Notes under the pieces: model-generated | The model's input: the letters and a program-made list of their open reading frames with translations, nothing else | Databases searched by the model: none | What the model was told of the DNA's origin: nothing | Shown here: one piece after another, positions 21,568-31,326 of the stretch | Position numbering within the stretch: position 1 is the first letter of the stretch | Layout: each line of letters begins with the position of its first letter | Assembly (NCBI GenBank): GCA_013335175.1 | Contig: JAAXWC010000004.1 | Location: 40,999 to 104,998, forward strand | Source of the DNA: Candidatus Roizmanbacteria bacterium | Lineage (GTDB): Bacteria > Patescibacteriota > Microgenomatia > UBA1406 > GWC2-37-13 | DNA length: 64,000 nt | Direction of reading: 5' to 3' | Program-made: the position numbers and the translations under genes

Positions 21568-22644
21568 TTATTTTAAAACCTTTTGTTTTATCTCTTGAGC
21601 AAGTAACGGATTCCACATGGCGCCAGTAGCACTCATAACTGCGTCTGCACCCACGTCAAGGAAGTCCTGATAATCCTGCGCATTCATTACTCCACCGACT
21701 CCCTCGATTTTGTAGGAATATCCTTTTTCCTCTTTGAGTTTTTTGAGACGTTTTACCATTTCGATCCCCGCCCATTTTATCGAGGTACCGCAGACACCGG
21801 ACTTGAGCCGCATCGGGCTTCCTGGCAGTGCCTGATTACCGTTTTTATCAACAATCGGTGCGGCTATCGTATTAATGGCCGAGATAGCGTGAGCATAGTT
21901 TGCACAGCTCTCCGCAAACTGAGCAAGAGCACCTTCATCAGCAAAATATCCAGTCTTGACGATAAGCGGAAGATCACCGATTTCTTTACGAACCGCTTTC
22001 AAAATTGCATCAGTTGCCGACAGGTTATAACAGACCAACCCTTCATTTCCAATGTTTGGACAAGACAGATTTGCTTCAAGTACTGTTGCCCCTGTCTCAG
22101 TCGCAAGTTTCGCCGCCAAAACAAAATCATCAATGAATTCCTGTGGCGTTTGATTGGGACGAACGGTTCCCATAAAGCTGAGGATGAGTACCTGACCTTT
22201 CCCTGCATAGGAAAGCGCTTTCTTTACATCATCCTGCCACTCAGACGGATCTTTGGAAGGGACACCAAAGGAGTTTGTAATCGAAAGCGGCTCAGAGTAA
22301 TCTTCTTTTACTACCAAAGGTTTCTCTGCACGTTCAATCGTTAAATCACCTTCAAGTTCAACGGGAAGAACATTGGGATGCGGATGACAGGGGAAAATAC
22401 CACTACGAACCGTTTTGTAGACGACAAGATCAAAGCCTTTTTCAAAAGCTCCCTTTACATACGCACTGTTTAGGATTGGGCCAGCGGGAATACCAAAGGG
22501 AAGATATACTTTGTGGCCGAAAAAATCATATGGTGGTTCACCGCTCTGTTGATAAACCGTTCCATCGATAAACGCCCCAAATGGACCTTCTTTGTAATTG
22601 TCTTCGTATGATTTTGTTGGATCATAAAATGGTGTTTTCAACAT
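21568..22644 (-). CDS. pyrD: Dihydroorotate dehydrogenase-like FMN enzyme
   Basis: EANLSCPN, INT, GVGGV; operon position; start moved to MLKTPFY. Confidence 0.8.
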   Translation of the reverse strand: MLKTPFYDPTKSYEDNYKEGPFGAFIDGTVYQQSGEPPYDFFGHKVYLPFGIPAGPILNSAYVKGAFEKGFDLVVYKTVRSGIFPCHPHPNVLPVELEGDLTIERAEKPLVVKEDYSEPLSITNSFGVPSKDPSEWQDDVKKALSYAGKGQVLILSFMGTVRPNQTPQEFIDDFVLAAKLATETGATVLEANLSCPNIGNEGLVCYNLSATDAILKAVRKEIGDLPLIVKTGYFADEGALAQFAESCANYAHAISAINTIAAPIVDKNGNQALPGSPMRLKSGVCGTSIKWAGIEMVKRLKKLKEEKGYSYKIEGVGGVMNAQDYQDFLDVGADAVMSATGAMWNPLLAQEIKQKVLK

Positions 22645-22690
22645 TATGGTAATTATAAATGAGTAACTGCGATAAAATAACAATAAATTA

Positions 22691-23749
22691 CTAACTCCTG
22701 CACCGCACTATACGCCCCGATCCAGCCTCCATAAGCACGTTGCCATTCTCAAACACCGTTTTTCCCCTCAGTATCACCCGCTTCACTCTCCCCTTCCCTT
22801 TCATTCCTGCAAAGGGAGTCCAGCCGCATTTCGTATGAAGCCCCTCGTTTGTGATTTCGAACTCTTCATCGAGATCTATCTCTACTTTTGTATCAGGATC
22901 TGTCGGTAGGGAAAAAATTCGTTTTGGATTATCATAGAGTTTCGTTAAAATGTCCTCTCTACCTATTCTCCCCTCTTTCTCCGCCATAAAAAGAAGTGGT
23001 AACGTTGTTTCTAAACCAGGCACCCCAAAAGGCGGAGTGTCAGAATCTTTTTCTTCTTTCGTATGGGGAGCATGATCCGATTCTATCGTATCTACATATC
23101 TCAGATGTTCCCACAAGAAATCCTGATCCGCTTTTGATTTGAGTGAAGGCTTCATCCGTCCATAGGAACCTAAATGGGCAACATCATCTTCCGTGAGGAA
23201 TAAATGATGCGGACACACGCCACAGGTAATGGGCAACCCTTCTTCTTTTGCTTGTATAATCGGCTCCAACTCTTTTTTACTCGAAACATGACACACATGC
23301 GTCCGCTTTCCGTAAGCCCGTACAGCTTTGACCACATCTCCAATGGTGTCTTCCTCCGAATGAGTCAAAATCGGCTGAGGATACACCCAAGCTCGGAACA
23401 CTTTATCTAAAATATCGCCATTGATAAGAAAATTACCCGTTGTATGATTCAGATACAGTTTGATACCAAAAACTTTGTCGTGAATAAGAGGAAACTGATC
23501 AATATTATCCCCTAGCGAACCAAAATAAAAGCCTATATCACACACTGTTTTTGCCTTTGCGGATGCAATTTTTTCCGCTAATCGCTCAGCAGTAGTAACG
23601 GGGACCGCATTATTTGGCATATCCAAAACCGTGGTAAAGCCACCAGCTAGCGCAGCAGCCGTGCCCGTGAAAAAATCCTCTTTTTGTGTTTGCCCCGGAT
23701 CACGAAGATGAACATGGACATCTATGAAACCTGGGAATTGGGTAAGCAT
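22691..23749 (-). CDS. pyrC: Dihydroorotase
   Basis: PGFIDVHVHLRDPG, AALAGG.TTV.DMPN, SDHAPH, PGLET. Confidence 0.95.
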   Translation of the reverse strand: MLTQFPGFIDVHVHLRDPGQTQKEDFFTGTAAALAGGFTTVLDMPNNAVPVTTAERLAEKIASAKAKTVCDIGFYFGSLGDNIDQFPLIHDKVFGIKLYLNHTTGNFLINGDILDKVFRAWVYPQPILTHSEEDTIGDVVKAVRAYGKRTHVCHVSSKKELEPIIQAKEEGLPITCGVCPHHLFLTEDDVAHLGSYGRMKPSLKSKADQDFLWEHLRYVDTIESDHAPHTKEEKDSDTPPFGVPGLETTLPLLFMAEKEGRIGREDILTKLYDNPKRIFSLPTDPDTKVEIDLDEEFEITNEGLHTKCGWTPFAGMKGKGRVKRVILRGKTVFENGNVLMEAGSGRIVRCRS

Positions 23750-23794
23750 ACTATGTTGTTAATTTTTAATACGCTATTTGAAATAAGTCGCATT

Positions 23795-23889
23795 CGTCAT
23801 CTCAGACTGATGTACGTCATCACGCTCATTGCATTCGCTGTCCGGAATGACAGTGAGGATAACAACGACTACCGGCGAGCGGGAGTGAC
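23795..23889. repeat. Palindromic element cluster inside the pyr operon (carB-pyrC gap)
   Basis: atcacgctcattgcattcgctgtccggaatgac matches ~35947-35977; aacaacgactaccggcgagcgggagtgacg. Confidence 0.75.
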
Positions 23890-23937
23890 GGTCTGTGCGT
23901 CTTTCCCGCAAACGAGGAACTGATGGTGGATGGGCAC

Positions 23938-26900
23938 TTACCGATACTCTCCCCATGCCTTAACCAATAAATCCTTATCCTTCTTTTCAGTCAGTGCCTT
24001 TACAAACAAAAATGCTTTTTCTCGATCCATAATAAGGTGAATATTGTTGTCTATAGCAGATCGACGGATAACATAGTACCCCTGTAATCCATCCCGTTCT
24101 CGATAATCGGTAACATTAATAGCAAGATCTATTTTTCCCTGTTTAAAACAATCCAAAACCGTCGGGGACATTTGCTCGTGAATTTTATATAAACGCTTCG
24201 ATGGAATACCGTTTGCTTTCATAAATTTATGCGTCTTCTCCGTAGCATAAATAGGCAATCCTAACTTATGGATACGCAAGAGCGTCGATAACAATTTCAC
24301 CTTGTTTTCATCGCCACCTATAGAAACAAAGATACCTTTTTTGGGGCGAGTTGCACCCACACTCAGTTCTGCTTTTAACAAGGCCTCTTCAACGTCTTCA
24401 CCAAAGGCCGCGGCTTCCCCAGTAGAAGACATTTCTACCCGGAGCACTGGATCGGCCCCTTCTAAACGTGCGAATGAAAATTGCGGTGCTTTCACTACCA
24501 CATAATCTTTGTACTCTACCTCAATTCGTTTTGCTTTTCCAAACAATGCATCCACTAAAATATCGGCAAAGTTTATACCTGTTGCTTTTGAAATAAACGG
24601 CAACGTACGCGATGCACGAACATTCATTTCTATCACATACACTTTTCTGTTTTTACTAATGAACTGAATATTGCATGGCCCAGTTACTTTTAATGCAGCA
24701 ACCAATTGCTTTGCAATCGAAACAATTTTTTGCTCTGTCTGCAAATAGATACGCTGCGGCGGAAAAACGATCGTTGCATCTCCTGAATGCACCCCCGCGT
24801 TTTCCACGTGTTCAGAAACAGCATAAACCTTCAATTCACCATTTTGTGCAATACCGTCAAACTCAATTTCCTGTGCGTCTTCAATAAATTTAGAGACCGT
24901 AATTGGATGCTCTTTGCTTACATCTGTTGCCATTTCAATAAACTCTAAAAGGTCCGATTCGTTATAGCACACATTCATCGCACTTCCAGAAAGCACATAC
25001 GAAGGCCGGATTAATACGGGATACCCAACTCGATTTGAGAACGATTTTGCCTCTTCAACTGTTACAAATTTATTCCATTCCGGTTGAGGAACATGAAGAG
25101 AATCTAGCAAATCAGAGAACTTATTTCTATCCTCTGCTCGATCAATATCGTCTGCCTGTGTACCAATAATTGGAATATTGTATGCAGCAAATTTTTTTGC
25201 ATTGTTATTCGGACGTTGCCCTCCCACGGAAATAATCATCCCCTGCGACTGTTCAAACTCATAGACATCGGCTACCCGTTCAAAACTGATTTCATCGAAA
25301 TACAAACGATCAGAAATATCATAATCCGTGGAAACCGTCTCAGGATTGCAGTTTATAACAATAGACGAATGGTGATGTTGTTTGAGCGCTAGTACGGTAT
25401 GTACATTTGTCCAATCAAACTCAACCGAAGATCCAATGCGGTACGGTCCAGAGCCGAGAACTATAATACCTTCTTTATGAAATGGCTCAATATCATGATA
25501 TGTTGCATTATAGGTAAGGTAGAGGTAATTTGTTTTTGCAGGAACCTCCCCTGCCAGGGTATCTATCTGTAAAACGGCAGGAATAACTTCCAATTTTTTT
25601 CGTTCTTGCCGCATTTCAAGCTCTGTTTTTCCACATAATAATCCAATTTTCCGGTCAGAAAAGCCCAATTGTTTTAAATGAAGGATCGTTTCACGGTTTA
25701 ATTTTGGTTCTTTTTGAAATGAAACCTGAGTATCTACAATGTTTTTTATTCGTGATAAAAACCATGGATCAATTCCCGTCTCCTTAGAGAGTTTTTCTAC
25801 CGTTATACCGCGTTTCAATGCTTCCGCAAGCGCGAAAATACGCTTTGGCGTGGGGGTTTTCGCTTCTTTTATGATATCGCATTTATCATCGGGAAACTTT
25901 TTATCCAACACTCCCTGATATCCAATATCTAGCATACGAATTGCTTTTTGCAACGCCTCTTCAAATGTTCTTCCAATTGACATCACTTCTCCCACTGATT
26001 TCATACTACTCCCCAATGAACTTTTTACATTTTTAAATTTCTCAAGATCCCAACGAGGAATTTTTACAACAACATAATCGAGTGCTGGTTCAAAAAAAGA
26101 TTGCGTTACTGATGTTACCTGATTTTTAATTTCAGATAATCGATACCCGAGTTGAATTTTGGCAGCGACATAGGCCAGCGGGTAGCCCGTCGCTTTTGAC
26201 GCTAGAGCAGACGAACGAGACAATCGCGCATTTACTTCGATGACATAATACTCAATTCGTCCTTTTTTTGGGTGTGGATTCAGCCCAAACTGAATATTAC
26301 ATTCACCAATAATATTCAATGTTTTGATGATAGAAATTGCGGCGGAACGAAGGGTATGGTACTCGAAATTATTCAGCGTCTGACTTGGAGCAACCACAAT
26401 CGACTCTCCCGTATGAATGCCAAGCGGGTCCATATTTTCCATATTGCAAACCGTCACACAGTTATCTTCTGCATCTCGAACAATTTCGTACTCTAATTCT
26501 TTGTAATGATGGAGATATTTATCTATTAATACCTGTGAAGAAAAAACCAGTGCATTTTTTGCTGTTTCCTTCAGTTCCTCCTCATTGTATGCAACTCCCG
26601 ATTTCTGACCGCCTAGTGCAAAAGCGGCACGAATCATAACCGGATAGCCAATTTCTTTCGCAAAAGCAACTGCCGCTTCAACCGATTCGGCCGCTCGACT
26701 GGCCGGTGCTGGAGCTCCAATAGAAGATAAATGTTTTGAGAACATATCCCGATCTTCTGTTAAGATTACAGAGTCCATGGGTGTTCCCAGTACTCGCACT
26801 CCATATTTCTTGAGAATACCTTTTTCGTACAGCTTAATGGCACAGTTTAGTGCCGTCTGTCCGCCAAACGAAACAGCAATCGCATCAGGGCGTTCTTTTT

Positions 26901-27138
26901 CGAGTACTTGTCCCACAAATTCAACTTCAACAGGAAGGAAATATACTTTATCTGCAAGTGATTCAGAGGTTTGAATCGTTGCAATATTCGGGTTTATCAA
27001 AACGGTTTTAATACCTTCTTCTTTGAATGCCTTAATCGCCTGAGAACCCGAATAATCAAACTCGCCAGCTTCACCTATTTTAAGCGCGCCAGAGCCAAGA
27101 ACAAGAATTTTTTTTGGTAGTTTTAGAAGCGGTGTCAT
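23938..27138 (-). CDS. carB: Carbamoyl-phosphate synthase large subunit
   Basis: GSGALKIGEAGEFDYSG, GIHTGES, NCNPETVSTDYD, HSGDA; 1066 aa. Confidence 0.98.
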   Translation of the reverse strand: MTPLLKLPKKILVLGSGALKIGEAGEFDYSGSQAIKAFKEEGIKTVLINPNIATIQTSESLADKVYFLPVEVEFVGQVLEKERPDAIAVSFGGQTALNCAIKLYEKGILKKYGVRVLGTPMDSVILTEDRDMFSKHLSSIGAPAPASRAAESVEAAVAFAKEIGYPVMIRAAFALGGQKSGVAYNEEELKETAKNALVFSSQVLIDKYLHHYKELEYEIVRDAEDNCVTVCNMENMDPLGIHTGESIVVAPSQTLNNFEYHTLRSAAISIIKTLNIIGECNIQFGLNPHPKKGRIEYYVIEVNARLSRSSALASKATGYPLAYVAAKIQLGYRLSEIKNQVTSVTQSFFEPALDYVVVKIPRWDLEKFKNVKSSLGSSMKSVGEVMSIGRTFEEALQKAIRMLDIGYQGVLDKKFPDDKCDIIKEAKTPTPKRIFALAEALKRGITVEKLSKETGIDPWFLSRIKNIVDTQVSFQKEPKLNRETILHLKQLGFSDRKIGLLCGKTELEMRQERKKLEVIPAVLQIDTLAGEVPAKTNYLYLTYNATYHDIEPFHKEGIIVLGSGPYRIGSSVEFDWTNVHTVLALKQHHHSSIVINCNPETVSTDYDISDRLYFDEISFERVADVYEFEQSQGMIISVGGQRPNNNAKKFAAYNIPIIGTQADDIDRAEDRNKFSDLLDSLHVPQPEWNKFVTVEEAKSFSNRVGYPVLIRPSYVLSGSAMNVCYNESDLLEFIEMATDVSKEHPITVSKFIEDAQEIEFDGIAQNGELKVYAVSEHVENAGVHSGDATIVFPPQRIYLQTEQKIVSIAKQLVAALKVTGPCNIQFISKNRKVYVIEMNVRASRTLPFISKATGINFADILVDALFGKAKRIEVEYKDYVVVKAPQFSFARLEGADPVLRVEMSSTGEAAAFGEDVEEALLKAELSVGATRPKKGIFVSIGGDENKVKLLSTLLRIHKLGLPIYATEKTHKFMKANGIPSKRLYKIHEQMSPTVLDCFKQGKIDLAINVTDYRERDGLQGYYVIRRSAIDNNIHLIMDREKAFLFVKALTEKKDKDLLVKAWGEYR

Positions 27139-28166
27139 AGTCGTTCAATAAAATAATCAAAAATCCATTCTGTATCAAAAGGTCCACACATAGCTTCGGG
27201 ATGAAACTGAACCGACATGAATGGATATTTTGTATGAATAATGCCTTCATTCGTGCCATCGTTCCCATTGGTAAACCACGGTTTAAACCCATCGGGCATT
27301 TCCCCAATCGCAAATCCATGATTTTGAGTGGTAAGGAAACATTTTTTTGATCCTTCCAATACCACTGGCTGATTTTGGCCGCGGTGTCCAAATTTGAGTT
27401 TAAAGGTGTCTCCCCCGGCAGCCAATGAAAGAATCTGATTTCCCAAACAAATACCCATAGTAGGAACCTTATGCTCCAATGCTTTTTTAGCCGTTTCAAT
27501 TGTTTTATCAGCCATTTTTGGATCGCCCGGACCATTTGAAATGAGAATTGCATCAAACTTAAAATCGCTGGCAAACACATCATAATCCCAAGGCACTGTT
27601 ATTACCTGTAGTCCTCGACGTAATAAATTGCGTTTGATATTTTCTTTGGACCCGCAGTCGATCAGTACAATAGTTTTGTTCCCTTTTCCTTCCTTTTTCA
27701 CTTCTTTTGCTGATACCTGCGCTACCAGATTGTCTTTGTTTGGATCGTGGAATGAAATATGATCAGAAATAAGAATTTTACCGAGTGGAGATCCATCATT
27801 CCGAATTTTCTGTGCAAGAAATCGAGTATCTTTCATTTCTATCGCTGGAATCTGTTCATCTTTGAGCCACTGAGAAAGAGTCCGTTTACTTTCAAAGTGA
27901 GAGGGAGTATCGATATACTGTGAAACAATTAATCCTGATATCTGAATTTTTTCTGATTCCCAATAAACCGGATCGGGAACACCATAATTTCCAACAAGAG
28001 GATAGGTCAGTACCAAAATCTGTCCTTTGAAAGATGGATCGGTTAGGCTTTCCGGATAGCCTACCATTCCTGTCGAGAAGACAACCTCTCCAGATACCGA
28101 ATGGGGAGCCCCAAAGCTGGTTCCCAAAAACTCTGTTCCATCCTGCAAGAGTAGTTTAGTATTCAT
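27135..28166 (-). CDS. carA: Carbamoyl-phosphate synthase small subunit
   Basis: GEVVFSTGMVGYPESLTDPS, SNGPGDP, GICLG, QFHPE; start moved to MNTKLL. Confidence 0.97.
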   Translation of the reverse strand: MNTKLLLQDGTEFLGTSFGAPHSVSGEVVFSTGMVGYPESLTDPSFKGQILVLTYPLVGNYGVPDPVYWESEKIQISGLIVSQYIDTPSHFESKRTLSQWLKDEQIPAIEMKDTRFLAQKIRNDGSPLGKILISDHISFHDPNKDNLVAQVSAKEVKKEGKGNKTIVLIDCGSKENIKRNLLRRGLQVITVPWDYDVFASDFKFDAILISNGPGDPKMADKTIETAKKALEHKVPTMGICLGNQILSLAAGGDTFKLKFGHRGQNQPVVLEGSKKCFLTTQNHGFAIGEMPDGFKPWFTNGNDGTNEGIIHTKYPFMSVQFHPEAMCGPFDTEWIFDYFIERL

Positions 28167-28188
28167 AGTTCTCTCGTATTCAACAATG

Positions 28189-29169
28189 TTATTTTCCAAA
28201 AACAAGCGATAAGAGTGCCATTCGGACATACATTCCGTTTGGCACCTCGTGGGTTAAGTAATAAGCGCGAGGATCTGTATCTATTGCAGGGTCTATTTCC
28301 CCTACTCGCGGTAATGGATGCATAATAATCATATCGGCATTTCCTTTTTCTTTCAGTAGTTTTTTGGTGACAATAAATCTATTTTTGAGTACTTCGTATG
28401 TCGAAGGATCTGCCAATCGTTCCTTTTGAACTCGTGTCCAGTACCAGACCTGACAATCTGTCGGAATATCAGTTTCTTTTTCAATTTCAACGAGAGTTAC
28501 TCTCGCTTTGGTATATTCTTCAAATAGTTCTCGGGGAAGTCTGAGTTCTTTGGGTGAAAGGAGGTAAAATGTGTTTCCCGGGTAGAAAGAAAGTCCTTTT
28601 AAGAGCGAATGCACGGTACGGCCATACAAAAGATCTCCAGCGATTACCCCTTTGAGATGATCTAATCTACCAAATTTCTCGTAAAGGGTAAACATATCGA
28701 GCAGCGCTTGGGTTGGATGTTCACCAGAGCCATCGCCAGCATTCATTATAGGAATTCGAGAAAGTGCTTTGGCAGCTCGGGCAGGTGCTCCTTCTTCAAA
28801 GTGACGCATTACGATACCGTCGCTATACCCTTCGAAAACGCGAACTGTATCTTCTAGAGTCTCCCCTTTTATGGCAGAGGAGGTTTGCATGGGGTTTTGA
28901 TACTCAATCGTCTGACCACCAAGTCGTTTGATTGCAGCAGAAAAAGAACTGAAAGTGCGAGAAGAAGGCTCAAAAAAAAGCAGGGTTATTACTTTCCCTG
29001 CTAGTGCTTCCCCCTGTTCTCCATTTTGGAGACAGCGTTTAATAGTACTGGTTTTATGAAATAAAATTTCGAGAGACTGAGGGTCAAATTGACGAATAGA
29101 AATAATATGCTTTCCCGCGAAGTTTTGCCCGATTTTTACAGGATCGTCTACAAATACTTGAGTGTGCAT
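28189..29169 (-). CDS. pyrB: Aspartate carbamoyltransferase catalytic subunit
   Basis: FFEPSSRT, NAGDGSGEHPTQ, GDL.YGRTVHSL, MHPLPR. Confidence 0.96.
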   Translation of the reverse strand: MHTQVFVDDPVKIGQNFAGKHIISIRQFDPQSLEILFHKTSTIKRCLQNGEQGEALAGKVITLLFFEPSSRTFSSFSAAIKRLGGQTIEYQNPMQTSSAIKGETLEDTVRVFEGYSDGIVMRHFEEGAPARAAKALSRIPIMNAGDGSGEHPTQALLDMFTLYEKFGRLDHLKGVIAGDLLYGRTVHSLLKGLSFYPGNTFYLLSPKELRLPRELFEEYTKARVTLVEIEKETDIPTDCQVWYWTRVQKERLADPSTYEVLKNRFIVTKKLLKEKGNADMIIMHPLPRVGEIDPAIDTDPRAYYLTHEVPNGMYVRMALLSLVFGK

Positions 29170-29307
29170 ATTTCTTTGTTGAGTCTATCAAACAACTAAT
29201 ACGCTGTCAATGTGTAATTTATTAACTTCTAACAATGAGCGTTCGGTTATAAAATCTAATCCAAAAATTGAATGTTTAGTGGTAAAATAGAAAAGGTATA
29301 CGCACAT

Positions 29308-29376
29308 TGTCATTCCCGCACAGTCGGGAATCGTTGTTGGTTCTTTTAATCGTAGAGACGGCCAACCTGGCCGTCT
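29308..29376. repeat. GTCATTCC half-element plus GTAG-type REP hairpin
   Basis: tgtcattcccgcacagtcgggaatcgttgtt; gtagagacggccaacctggccgtcta. Confidence 0.7.
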
Positions 29377-29390
29377 AAAAAAAGGAATAA

Positions 29391-29925
29391 TGCGGGGGCA
29401 GATAATTGCGGTTATTGGTAGATATATGTTTAAGACTGCCGCGGTGTTGGAATGCTCAACTGTCCGTTTCCGATACAATGTGAGGAATTACGGACAGTTA
29501 GTCCCGCAAAGTGAAAGCACGAGCGGATACGTCGAGTGCATGAATGAGGCGGGGGCAGACAATTGCGGTTATTGGTAGATATGTGTTTAAGACTGCCGCG
29601 GTGTTGGAATGCTCAACTGTCCGTTTCCGATACAATGTGAGGAATTACGGACAGTTAGTCCCGCAACGTGATGGCATGAGGCGATTGAGCCGAATGCGAG
29701 AACGTGCGGGGGCAGACAATTGCGGTTATTGGTAGATATGTGTTTAAGACTGCCGCGGTGTTGGAATGCTCAACTGTCCGTTTCCGATACAATGTGAGGA
29801 ATTACGGACAGTTAGTCCCGCAACGTGATAGCATGAGGCGATTGAGCCGAATGCGAGAACGTGCGGGGGCAGACAATTGCGGTTATTGGTAGATATGTGT
29901 TTAAGACTGCCGCGGTGTTGGAATG
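29391..29925 (+). repeat. 157-bp tandem array (~3.4 units) containing 5' fragments of tRNA-Leu
   Basis: gccgcggtgttggaatg recurs at 29438, 29595, 29752 and 29909, an exact 157-bp period. Confidence 0.95.
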
Positions 29926-29991
29926 GCAGACAAGTCAGTCTCAAAAACTGATGGGGGCAACCCCGTGAGAGTTCGACTCTCTCCCGCGGCA
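29909..29991 (+). tRNA. tRNA-Leu (anticodon CAA)
   Basis: Acceptor gccgcgg/ccgcggc, anticodon arm tcagt-ctcaaaa-actga, long variable arm, gttcga T-loop; CCA not encoded. Confidence 0.93.
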
Positions 29992-30025
29992 CTAGAGTCG
30001 CTTTGCGAAGAACCAATATTTGTGT

Positions 30026-31189
30026 TTATTTATATTTTTCCACCTCTTCAACTGAGCTGATGATTGTTTTTTTTATTGCAGGAAACGAATTGAATAATTT
30101 TTTCTGTTTTTCTGTTAATTCTGTTCCATACTTTATCTCTATCAACTCCTTATCTTCTGTCATAAAATCCAGTTCTATACCCTCTTCATACACATACCGT
30201 AAATTTTTCTGTTTTAATTTCAAAAATACATAATTTTCAAATAAACTGCCCTTGTCACGAAAGCCAGTAAAAAAAGTTCGTATTCCTAGGTCTGCCGCAT
30301 ACAATTTTTTTGGTGCACGAACCAAGGAACTTGTTTTTCCATAGCGGGGAACTAAATAAATAAGATACGTATCTGTGAACATCTGTAAATATCGCTTTGC
30401 CGTGTCCGGAGATATTTCAAGAATATGAGCCAACTTGTTAATACTGACAATTTTTCCTGCCCGCTCCATTAATAGCAGAAAAAAATCCTTGAGTAATTGC
30501 GTATTTGTAATATTGTAATGAGCAGCAATATCTTTATACAAAATATCATCCACAAGTTGCCTCAAATACTCTACATTTTTTTCCAACACATACTCCGGCA
30601 TTCCCCCCGTTTGTAAATAATCTTCAAAATATGTATGAAGTAAATGACTATCACTTTTTTTCAAGACAATATCTTTAAAAGTTAAATATTCTGAAAAATT
30701 TAGTGGTTGTATTTCTCGGGTAATATGTCTTCCTGTTAAAAAAGAAGCGCGGTTGCGAAGCAACGTAGCACTCGAAGATGAGGCTACAATTTTTACTAAT
30801 TGCTGATCATAGATGTTTTTTAACTGACGTTCAAAACCTTTTTGATAGGTAATTTCATCCAAAAATACATAAACCGATTCCTGATACGATAACTTTTGAA
30901 GTGTTCTATATTCCTCGATCAAACTCAATATACTCTTACTGCTCAATGTGTAATCGTCCATGCTCATATAAAAAATATGGCGTGGTGACACTTTTTGTGA
31001 AAGTAGATATTGAATGAGTCGTTTCATAAGAGTTGTTTTACCCACGCGTCTGAGACCAGTTAGAAACACAATAGACTTCGATTCTAAATCTTTTTTCAAG
31101 GCAGAAAATACAACAGGACGCTCTTTATACACCGAAAATTTGTATTCATCTTCCCACCATGGATTGTACCGATAATATAATTCTTCCAT
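30026..31189 (-). CDS. AAA+ ATPase, AAA_14/DUF4143 family
   Basis: GLRRVGKTT, FLDEI, LTGR, GGMPE, K.Y..D.G, ENYV, ELDF, IEIK; start moved to MEELYY. Confidence 0.9.
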   Translation of the reverse strand: MEELYYRYNPWWEDEYKFSVYKERPVVFSALKKDLESKSIVFLTGLRRVGKTTLMKRLIQYLLSQKVSPRHIFYMSMDDYTLSSKSILSLIEEYRTLQKLSYQESVYVFLDEITYQKGFERQLKNIYDQQLVKIVASSSSATLLRNRASFLTGRHITREIQPLNFSEYLTFKDIVLKKSDSHLLHTYFEDYLQTGGMPEYVLEKNVEYLRQLVDDILYKDIAAHYNITNTQLLKDFFLLLMERAGKIVSINKLAHILEISPDTAKRYLQMFTDTYLIYLVPRYGKTSSLVRAPKKLYAADLGIRTFFTGFRDKGSLFENYVFLKLKQKNLRYVYEEGIELDFMTEDKELIEIKYGTELTEKQKKLFNSFPAIKKTIISSVEEVEKYK

Positions 31190-31195
31190 ATAAGT

Positions 31196-31249
31196 ATTAT
31201 ACGACACCATCGTATAAAAAGTCAATAAACTATACGACAACATCGTATA
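31196..31249 (-). promoter_or_regulatory. Promoter of the ATPase gene with two palindromic operator-like sites
   Basis: Minus-strand TTGACT (31220-31225) N18 TATAAT (31196-31201); tatacga-N5-tcgtata at 31198-31216 and 31231-31249. Confidence 0.7.
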
Positions 31250-31326
31250 GCATCTCATACAACAATAACAACGACTCCCGGCGAGCGTGAGTGACGAACA
31301 GAGATTATTACTGTATAATTTTTTTC

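Noticed and set aside
29391..29925. CRISPR array
   Set aside because: The constant part is ~115 bp, the variable parts of units 2 and 3 are nearly identical, the unit contains tRNA sequence, and there are no cas genes
29188..30016. Short ORFs over the tandem array (29390, 29544, 29704, 29744, 29188)
   Set aside because: They are translations of the repeat and of the tRNA antisense strand
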